A stretch of 46,222 nt of DNA. It comes from Chitinophagaceae bacterium. GTDB taxonomy: Bacteria; Bacteroidota; Bacteroidia; Chitinophagales; Chitinophagaceae. The notes under the pieces are model-generated. The model did no database searches and was not told the origin of the DNA. It saw only the letters and a list, made by a program, of their open reading frames with translations. The stretch covers positions 1 to 46,222 of the forward strand of contig JAFMES010000001.1 of NCBI GenBank assembly GCA_017856605.1, in the 5' to 3' direction. This document shows positions 38,753 to 46,222 of this stretch, piece after piece; position 1 is the stretch's first letter, and every line of letters starts with the position of its first letter. Position numbers and translations under genes: made by a program.

Positions 38753-40096
38753 ATGAAAGCCTTGCATCCATCTATGCATTTGTTATTTATTTCCATTTGC
38801 GGTGTCATCCTTATGGGGTGCGGGTTTCAACATAAGATAGCCCGCTCAGCACAGCAGCTAACTCAAGACGAACTGGCAACAGCACATATAGGGATTGCGG
38901 TATTTGATCCTGAAAAAAACACCTATTTATATGAGCATCAATCGGATAAACTGTTTGTCCCTGCAAGCAACACAAAAATCATTACCAGCTACGCTGGAAT
39001 GAAATTCCTGCCCACACGCATTCCTACCGCTGTGCTTAAAGAAATCGATACGGCTGTGATTGTGATTCCAATGGGGGATCCGACTTTTCTGCATCCTGAA
39101 TTCAGCGCACATCCGTTATTGGATCGGTTAAAAAAAATTGAGAAACCCATTTATCTGACAAGTTCGCATTGGAAAACTTCGCCACTAGGAAATGGATGGA
39201 GCTATGAAGATTTTTCTGAAGCGTTCATGACGGAACGAAGCGCTTTTCCGGTTTACGGAAATCAGATCCATTGGTTTCAGGAAAAAACAAAGAAAGAAAA
39301 TCCCAGTCAAGCGACCGATACGGTCGACCTTTTTATTTATTCGTATCCGGAAATCAACTGGCCCGTAGATTTTGGAAAAGCAGCAACGCAATTCAATGTA
39401 ACCCGCGCACCGCATAGCAACTCGTTTACCTTGATCGAGGGCAAAGAAAAACAAGCCCAGGCATCTGTTCCATTTATAACCAATGGAGTACAAACGGGAC
39501 TGGATCTGCTTTTCGACAGCCTACACAAACGCATAGTCAACTGGGAGGAGCCTAATTACAAAGGAATAAATACGATACGAGAGGATACTATTTTTTCTCA
39601 ACCGACCGATTCGCTTCTTTCCATCATGATGCATAGAAGCGATAATTTTTATGCTGATCAGATCCTGCTGATGGTGAGTCAACTCAAAAGAGGTGAAATG
39701 AACGAAGGTGCCATAATCGATGACCTGCTGTCGAAGGAACTAAGCTCCATGCCTGTACTTCCGCGTTGGATTGATGGAAGCGGTTTGAGTCGATATAACC
39801 TGTTCAGTCCCTCCGATATGATCCACGTACTGGAGAAAATGAGAAATGAACTGCCCTGGAATCGGATTGCAGCAGTATTCCCTCAGTCCGCTGAAGGTAC
39901 CCTTCGCTCCATTTCCGGTTTATCGGGAAAGTCCATCATCGCAAAGACAGGTTCCATGGGTGGCGTACTCTGTTTAAGCGGATACGTATTATCCAAGCAA
40001 AAGAAATGGCTTTCGTTTTCAATTATGATCAACAACCACAGTTCAAGTGGTACTGTGCTTAGAAAAAAAATCGGCGCATTCCTCAGTCAGCTTTAA
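38753..40096 (+). CDS. dacB: D-Ala-D-Ala carboxypeptidase/endopeptidase (peptidase S13), probable lipoprotein
   Basis: PASNTK, GDP, SDN, DGSGLSR, KTG. Confidence 0.9.
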   Translation: MKALHPSMHLLFISICGVILMGCGFQHKIARSAQQLTQDELATAHIGIAVFDPEKNTYLYEHQSDKLFVPASNTKIITSYAGMKFLPTRIPTAVLKEIDTAVIVIPMGDPTFLHPEFSAHPLLDRLKKIEKPIYLTSSHWKTSPLGNGWSYEDFSEAFMTERSAFPVYGNQIHWFQEKTKKENPSQATDTVDLFIYSYPEINWPVDFGKAATQFNVTRAPHSNSFTLIEGKEKQAQASVPFITNGVQTGLDLLFDSLHKRIVNWEEPNYKGINTIREDTIFSQPTDSLLSIMMHRSDNFYADQILLMVSQLKRGEMNEGAIIDDLLSKELSSMPVLPRWIDGSGLSRYNLFSPSDMIHVLEKMRNELPWNRIAAVFPQSAEGTLRSISGLSGKSIIAKTGSMGGVLCLSGYVLSKQKKWLSFSIMINNHSSSGTVLRKKIGAFLSQL

Positions 40097-40108
40097 TCGG
40101 CCCTGAGC

Positions 40109-41929
40109 TTAACTTCCAAACACGTCGTACAATTGCTGATTTCCGATTTGCATGTAAATCGGTCGACCGTCAAAATGGATTTTACTCTGTTTGCAATTGA
40201 ATAATTGTTCAACGAGTGAATGCATTTCAGTAGCAGTGAGTGAAGTTCCGGGTCGAACGGCGTGTTTCCTGGCCAGTGCTTTTGCAATTCGTTCTCGGTA
40301 AGCAGAATGAAGTTTAGACGTCGCATCCTTGACGTCTTCCAGAATCATTTCAATGATGGCAGCGCTGTTCTCATTGGGATGATCGGCAGGAGTGCCATTC
40401 AGAAGAAATGAATTCTTTCCAAAAGATTCCAATTCATATCCCATTTGCAGGAGATCGGGACGGATGGATTCCAGCAGCTGTTCATCAGAAGGCGCAGTAT
40501 GAATGGCTTGAGGAAAGAGTGCACGTTGAATTGGAATCGGTGCTCCCTCCCATGCTTTATTGAATTTCTCAAATAAGATCTGTTGATGGGCCAGTTGGTG
40601 ATGGATCAAGCGAACACCATCTGCCGCTTCTGTAACGATGTACGTCTTTTGGACGTGGAGACACGAATGCAAGGGTGGTGAATCCATGGGTGCAGTGACG
40701 GTGAGTCCTTCCAGATCTCCTTGTTGAGCCGATGTTTCTTTTGGAGCGGTTTCAAAAAAATCTTTCCAGTTTTTAAGGTTGCTGGACGACTCAATGCGAT
40801 GAGCCTGGTGACGGTCCACAAATGTTTTGTAAAGTCCCCCTGATCGAGCCTGCTGTTGCTGATCAGCGGTGAAGGGCTTGCTTACCGCATCGAGCTGCTG
40901 GATGGAAGGATCCAGTTCAAAATCAAGTGCTGGCGCAATGCTGAACTGCGCCAATGCGTGACGAATAGCAGACTTGATGAAGGCGTAGACAATCTTATCA
41001 TCGTCAAACTTGATTTCCTGCTTTGTTGGGTGAACATTGATATCGATGTGTGCAGGATCCAGTTCGATGAACAGAACAAAGAATGGAAAACTTCCCTGAG
41101 GAAGCAATTCTTCATATGCCGTTACGATGGCATGATTAAGGTAGGCGCTGCGAATAAAACGACGATTCACAAACAAGTACTGTTCACCTCGTGTTTTTCT
41201 GGCGGTATCTGGTTTCCCAATGAAGCCGGTCACATTCAAGTAATCGGTTTTTTCTTCTACCTGCACCAAACGTGAAGCATAACTGTTGCCCATTACCTGA
41301 ACAATGCGCTGTTTAAGAGTGCCTTTATCCAGGTGATACGACTCCTGCCCATTGCTGGTCATTGAAAATGAAACTTCAGGAAAAGCCAAGGCAACGTGTA
41401 AAAATTCATCGGTGATGTGACGTAATTCAACCGTATTGCTTTTCAAAAAGTTCCTGCGAGCGGGCACATTGAAGAACAGGTTCTTCATGCTGATAGAAGT
41501 ACCGGCACTGCACGCGCAGGAAGCAGTTGAGGTGATAACACTGTTTTCAAGCTCAATTGCCGTTCCCAGCTCCTGATCGTGTGGTCGCGTTTTTAATGCA
41601 ACCTGAGCAACTGCTGCGATGGAAGCCAATGCTTCGCCCCTGAACCCCATTGTTTTGATTCGAAAAAGATCTTCAATCTCCCCTATCTTGGAAGTCGCAT
41701 GACGCTGAAAGCAGTTGACGGCGTCCTCGGCACCCATCCCTTTCCCATTGTCAATCACCTGCACGAGCGATTTTCCAGCATCCTCGATGACCAGTTGGAT
41801 ATCAGTGGCGCCCGCATCTACTGCATTTTCCAATAATTCTTTAACTGCACTGGACGGGCGCTGAATGACTTCGCCAGCAGCAATCTGGTTGGCAATATGA
41901 ACGGGGAGAACGTGAATGGAATTGGGCAT
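40109..41929 (-). CDS. mutL: DNA mismatch repair protein MutL
   Basis: IAAGEVI, KELLENAVDAG, HATSK, GFRGEAL, DINVHPTK. Confidence 0.96.
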   Translation of the reverse strand: MPNSIHVLPVHIANQIAAGEVIQRPSSAVKELLENAVDAGATDIQLVIEDAGKSLVQVIDNGKGMGAEDAVNCFQRHATSKIGEIEDLFRIKTMGFRGEALASIAAVAQVALKTRPHDQELGTAIELENSVITSTASCACSAGTSISMKNLFFNVPARRNFLKSNTVELRHITDEFLHVALAFPEVSFSMTSNGQESYHLDKGTLKQRIVQVMGNSYASRLVQVEEKTDYLNVTGFIGKPDTARKTRGEQYLFVNRRFIRSAYLNHAIVTAYEELLPQGSFPFFVLFIELDPAHIDINVHPTKQEIKFDDDKIVYAFIKSAIRHALAQFSIAPALDFELDPSIQQLDAVSKPFTADQQQQARSGGLYKTFVDRHQAHRIESSSNLKNWKDFFETAPKETSAQQGDLEGLTVTAPMDSPPLHSCLHVQKTYIVTEAADGVRLIHHQLAHQQILFEKFNKAWEGAPIPIQRALFPQAIHTAPSDEQLLESIRPDLLQMGYELESFGKNSFLLNGTPADHPNENSAAIIEMILEDVKDATSKLHSAYRERIAKALARKHAVRPGTSLTATEMHSLVEQLFNCKQSKIHFDGRPIYMQIGNQQLYDVFGS

Positions 41930-41973
41930 CAAGTGACAAATTTCCTATCTTCAAAAGTAACAAATACGCCCGT

Positions 41974-44865
41974 ATGCGCATGAGAAAAACTGTATTGCTG
42001 CTGGTTGTTTCACTGGTGACGCTGAGTTCCTTCGCACAAGAAGCTCGGAAGTGGGCTGACAGTGTGATGCAAACGCTGAATGAAGACCAAAAAATAGCAC
42101 AACTCATCATGGTTCGACTTTCCTCCATTGACCTTCGAACCAGGACCATCAGCTATTACGACACCACCGTGGAGCGGGATATCCGGAAATACAATATCGG
42201 TGGGATTTGTTTGTTTCAGGGCGGTCCTATTCGCCAGACCCAGTGGGTGAACCAATTTCAATCAATAGCAAAAACTCCCATCCTGATCGCAATCGATGGT
42301 GAGACGGGTGTTGGGATGCGCATTGATAGCGTTGCTAACCTACCCAAAATGATGATGTTGGGTGCTATGCGCGATACAGCTATTGCGTTTGCCTATGGAC
42401 AATGGGTTGCCGAACAGTGTAAACAAATGGGCATTCAAATCAATTTTGCTCCAGTGGCAGACGTGAATAACAATCCCAATAATCCGGTAATCAACGACCG
42501 TTCGTTTGGAGAAGATAAATACAAAGTTGCAGCCCTAGCAGTACAGTACATGTTGGGGATGCGTTCACGCGGAATCATGGGAAGTGCAAAGCATTTTCCT
42601 GGTCATGGTGATGTAGATGTAGACTCCCATCTTGCACTTCCGGTAATCAGCAAATCAAAAGAACAATTGAACGACCTGGAATTGTATCCCTTCAGGCGAT
42701 TATTTGATGCGGGTGTTGGTAGTGCGATGGTAGGTCATCTTTTTGTACCAGTCATTGACAGCACACCTAATCGAGGCTCCTCCATTTCAGAAAAAATGGT
42801 GAATGGTTTATTGAAAACAGAAATGGGATTCAAAGGAATTACGTTCACCGACGCTTTAGAAATGAAAGGAGTTTCTGAACCCTACCCCAATGGAGGGGCA
42901 GGCGTAGAATCGATAATTGCGGGAAACGATATGATGTGCTTACCTGGAGAAGTGGGCACTGTGATTCAGAAAGTCAAGGATGCCATTGCTTCAAACAGGA
43001 TCAGTTGGCCACAGATTGAAGAACATGTTAGGAAGGTACTGGAAACAAAATACGAATTGGGACTCTCACAGTGGAAGCCAGTTCCAATTGAGGGATTGAC
43101 CGAACGATTAAATGAAAAAAGCAGTGATTTAAAGAAACTGATTGCTGAAAAAGCCATAACCCTTGCCAAGTATGACGATAAACAAAGCTTTCCCCTGCCG
43201 TTCAGCATCAATGGACGAGTAGCAGTAGTGGATGTGGCTAAAAATCGGTCTACAGCATTTAGTTCGTTGATGCGCAGTCAGTATAACGCAGATATCTTTC
43301 TCTTTGATCACAGCAAGACAGCTATAGAAGCAGATAGCATTTATCAATTGCTTGAATCATATGAACACGTGATTGTAGCCATTCATGAACTGCCGCGGTA
43401 TCCTGCAAATAACTTCAATATGAGCAAGGCTGCAGTTTCACTCATTGAACGCATCCTGATTCAAAAACCTTCCAACTTATTCATTTTCGGTAATCCTTAT
43501 GCCGCTAAAAGTTTTTGCGGTGGAAAAAACATCATCATCTGTTACGATGATGATCCCATCACTCACCGAGTGGCCGTTGATATGTTGGGCGGGAAGCAAT
43601 CGCCGGAGGGACAACTTCCCGTAACGGTTTGTCCTGGATTGAAAGTCGGTACCGGGTATTCGACTTCTATTGAATTGAGTTCTTCACCGATCAAATACCC
43701 TATCGTAGAAGATCGGATTGATTCCATCATCAACGATGCCATCCAACGAAAAGCCGCACCTGGTATGGTTTTGCTTGCTGTAAAAGATGGCAAGATCGTA
43801 GAACAACGCACCTATGGCCATCTAGCATACGATAAAAAAAATTCCACTTCACAGGAATCGGTATACGATATGGCATCGGTGACTAAAATCTGTGCTACAA
43901 CCCTCTCCATCATGAAACTGATGGATGAAGGAAAAGTTAAGCTGGATGGAAAACTAGGCGATTATTTATCGTGGACCTCCGGAACGAATAAAGCAGATCT
44001 GAACATTCGGGAGATTTTACTGCATCAAGCGGGACTTAAAGCTTGGATACCTTTTTATAAGGAGGTGTCCGACAGTGCAACTCAAAAAGCACTTCCTCAA
44101 TTTTTCTCAAAAAAAATGAGCGATCGATTTGGAGTGAAAGTAGACGATTCGTTGTACATGCGAAGTGATTGGAGAGATACCCTTTTCAGTCGCATTCTGC
44201 AATCGCCTCTTGAAAAAGAAAAAAAATACATCTATAGTGATAACGATTTTATTTTCTTGGGAGAAGTAGTCAAAGCGGTAAGTGGACTGTCATTGGATAA
44301 TTATGTTCAGAGATATTTTTATGGTCCACTGGGATTTAGAAGCTCTGGTTTTAATCCCACACGGTATATCAATAAATCAGTAATTGCTCCAACGGAGAAT
44401 GATCCTTATTTCAGAGAACGGACAGTAAGAGGATATGTACACGATCCAGGTGCTGCAATGTTTGGTGGCGTATCGGGACATGCTGGTTTATTCAGCAACG
44501 CATATGAGATTGCTGTGTTGATGCAGATCGTCATGAACAAAGGAGTCATCAATGGAAAACGTTTTCTATCAGACTCCATCGTAAGTCAATTCACCCGTTA
44601 CCAGAGCGATATCAGTCGCAGGGGACTTGGTTTTGATAAACCAGAGAAAGACAATGCAACCCGACCTGCACCTTATCCTACCATCAGCGCATCAGAACAC
44701 GCTTTTGGTCACACAGGCTTTACAGGTACCTGTGCTTGGGGAGATCCAAAAAGTGGACTGGTGTTTGTTTTATTAGCGAATCGCGTTCACCCGAAGGCCA
44801 CGAATACGTTTGGAGATCTGAATGTAAGAGGAAAGGTGATGGAAGAATTACTCAAAGCATATTGA
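41974..44865 (+). CDS. Secreted GH3 beta-N-acetylglucosaminidase fused to beta-lactamase-like serine hydrolase
   Basis: Signal peptide; KHFPGHG...DSH and TDAL.M (NagZ-type); SVTK, YSD, HTG (serine hydrolase). Confidence 0.9.
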   Translation: MRMRKTVLLLVVSLVTLSSFAQEARKWADSVMQTLNEDQKIAQLIMVRLSSIDLRTRTISYYDTTVERDIRKYNIGGICLFQGGPIRQTQWVNQFQSIAKTPILIAIDGETGVGMRIDSVANLPKMMMLGAMRDTAIAFAYGQWVAEQCKQMGIQINFAPVADVNNNPNNPVINDRSFGEDKYKVAALAVQYMLGMRSRGIMGSAKHFPGHGDVDVDSHLALPVISKSKEQLNDLELYPFRRLFDAGVGSAMVGHLFVPVIDSTPNRGSSISEKMVNGLLKTEMGFKGITFTDALEMKGVSEPYPNGGAGVESIIAGNDMMCLPGEVGTVIQKVKDAIASNRISWPQIEEHVRKVLETKYELGLSQWKPVPIEGLTERLNEKSSDLKKLIAEKAITLAKYDDKQSFPLPFSINGRVAVVDVAKNRSTAFSSLMRSQYNADIFLFDHSKTAIEADSIYQLLESYEHVIVAIHELPRYPANNFNMSKAAVSLIERILIQKPSNLFIFGNPYAAKSFCGGKNIIICYDDDPITHRVAVDMLGGKQSPEGQLPVTVCPGLKVGTGYSTSIELSSSPIKYPIVEDRIDSIINDAIQRKAAPGMVLLAVKDGKIVEQRTYGHLAYDKKNSTSQESVYDMASVTKICATTLSIMKLMDEGKVKLDGKLGDYLSWTSGTNKADLNIREILLHQAGLKAWIPFYKEVSDSATQKALPQFFSKKMSDRFGVKVDDSLYMRSDWRDTLFSRILQSPLEKEKKYIYSDNDFIFLGEVVKAVSGLSLDNYVQRYFYGPLGFRSSGFNPTRYINKSVIAPTENDPYFRERTVRGYVHDPGAAMFGGVSGHAGLFSNAYEIAVLMQIVMNKGVINGKRFLSDSIVSQFTRYQSDISRRGLGFDKPEKDNATRPAPYPTISASEHAFGHTGFTGTCAWGDPKSGLVFVLLANRVHPKATNTFGDLNVRGKVMEELLKAY

Positions 44866-45688
44866 GCTGAGTTCGAACAACGGCTTTTGCAGCTACCCAG
44901 GCCTTATGATAATTTGGAATTCGAATGCGTTCCTCAAGAATGCGTTGAGGTTGCATGGCTTTGATCTTCTTGAATAAACTCAGGTAATATTTATAGGCCA
45001 AATAAACTCCAAACCGTGCCTTGAGCGGGAGCTGGATGATGCCTAGGTATGCATGCCTGAAATCTTTTTCTATATCTGCTTCGATGGCTTCTTTCATTTC
45101 AGGAGTGAATGCATTGAAATCAACTCCGGGGAAATAAACCCGATTGAGTTGCTGATAATCCGCTTTCACATCGCGCAGGAAGTTAACCTTTTGAAATGCT
45201 GATCCAAGCGATTGTGCGTGGGGTTTGAGTTGTTCGTATTGTTTTTTATCGCCGTCACAAAAAACATACAGACACATGAGTCCCACCACTTCTGCACTTC
45301 CATAGATGTACTCGGCATATCCTTGTTGATCGTAATTGGAGCGGTCAAGGTCAAACTCCATGCTTTTGAAAAAAGCATCCACCAATGCAAGATCAATATT
45401 GTATCGGTTAACCGTTATCTGAAAACTATGCAGAATGGGATTCAGGCTGATGCCTTGTGAAATAGCATCATAGGTCTCCTTTTTAAAATTGGAAAGCAAG
45501 CTGATCTTATCATAGCCATGGAAGGTATCGACAATCTCATCTGCAAAGCGCACTAACCCGTAGATATCGTAGATCGGTCCCTGAATGTCGGCATGCAACA
45601 ACCGAATGGCACTGCTAAAAGAGGTGCTGTACCGCTGGGTAGTGATCCGGCTGCATTCGTGTGAAACAGTATGAAAAATACCGATCAT
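44852..45688 (-). CDS. crtB: Phytoene synthase
   Basis: YSTSF, RFADEIVD, GSAEVVG, NFLRD. Confidence 0.94.
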   Translation of the reverse strand: MIGIFHTVSHECSRITTQRYSTSFSSAIRLLHADIQGPIYDIYGLVRFADEIVDTFHGYDKISLLSNFKKETYDAISQGISLNPILHSFQITVNRYNIDLALVDAFFKSMEFDLDRSNYDQQGYAEYIYGSAEVVGLMCLYVFCDGDKKQYEQLKPHAQSLGSAFQKVNFLRDVKADYQQLNRVYFPGVDFNAFTPEMKEAIEADIEKDFRHAYLGIIQLPLKARFGVYLAYKYYLSLFKKIKAMQPQRILEERIRIPNYHKAWVAAKAVVRTQLNML

Positions 45689-45741
45689 CTTGTTGAATCA
45701 ATTCGAGTATTATAAAGAGTTAAGTTAAACATTTATAACGA

Positions 45742-46222
45742 TTAAGTCTTTATTTTGTTCAATTCTTTGTCGACTAGTCCTGCTACAACTTCTCCGCTGA
45801 TCAAACTGGGAGGAACTCCAGGTCCGGGGACCGTTAGTTGTCCCGTATAATATAAATTCCTGACCTTCTTGCTTTTACAAGATGGCTTCAAGTGGGCAGT
45901 TTGCAAAAGTGTGTTAGCCAGACCATATGCATTTCCTTTGAATGCGTTGTAATCCTCTACAAAATTGCTGTAGGAATAGGAACGCTTAACCACTACATGA
46001 TTTCGGATATCAACACCGGTTTTCACCTGTAAACGATCGCATAACAAATTAAAATAATGATCCCGTACCGCATCTGAATCACCATCCAATCCTGCTGCGA
46101 TTGGAATTAAAAAAAACAAATTTTCAGATCCCGTGGGTGCTTGAGAGCTGTCGGTTACGGACGTGGCACTTAAATAAAAAAGAGGTGCATCTGGCCAAGA
46201 AGGATCTGCATAGATCTGTTGA
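45742..46222 (-). CDS. crtI: Phytoene desaturase, C-terminal part (extends beyond window)
   Basis: GNAYGL, NLYYTGQLTVPGPGVPPSLISG; adjacent to crtB. Confidence 0.9.
   Translation of the reverse strand, partial: QQIYADPSWPDAPLFYLSATSVTDSSQAPTGSENLFFLIPIAAGLDGDSDAVRDHYFNLLCDRLQVKTGVDIRNHVVVKRSYSYSNFVEDYNAFKGNAYGLANTLLQTAHLKPSCKSKKVRNLYYTGQLTVPGPGVPPSLISGEVVAGLVDKELNKIKT

Noticed and set aside
43700-44865. Beta-lactamase-like domain as a resistance gene
   Set aside because: Fused to a NagZ-type GH3; more consistent with a cell-wall hydrolase
564-45460. Many 60-190 aa antisense or alternate-frame ORFs (e.g. 564-1109, 10699-11244, 35770-36345)
   Set aside because: Shadows of well-supported genes, with no recognisable motifs

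Overview
This is a gene-dense core-chromosome segment from a Bacteroidota genome, probably Chitinophagaceae-like (gld genes, SusC/SusD, TAnnTTTG promoters; taxonomy is inferred). In order it carries the 3' end of a GGGP synthase gene; an 8-gene arginine operon (GNAT-argG-argC-argD-argF'-argB-argE-argH); gldD, mutY; HU-TPR-bS22-RNase E/G; a stand-alone SusC-SusD-lipoprotein unit; radA-comF-gpx-holB-ricT; cdsA, a CPBP protease, dusB, a D-TA-family PLP enzyme, psd, a HAD hydrolase and an SDR; yicC-gldH-kinase-regulator; an lpxD-like gene, an epimerase, pheS, an arginase-fold protein, dacB, mutL, a GH3/serine-hydrolase fusion, crtB and part of crtI. I saw no mobile elements, CRISPR, tRNA or rRNA. 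The most interesting signals are outside the ORF track. (1) Two predicted tiny RNAs 14.5 kb apart, each with a promoter-like box and terminator, are complementary over 16-17 nt (candidate sRNA/sponge pair); one sits directly upstream of yicC. (2) A 42-codon leader peptide ending RRPTPFLVRR, with an internal terminator-like hairpin, precedes the arg operon. (3) Several genes appear to have leaderless or near-leaderless mRNAs. All calls come from reading the sequence and motifs by eye; no database searches were run.
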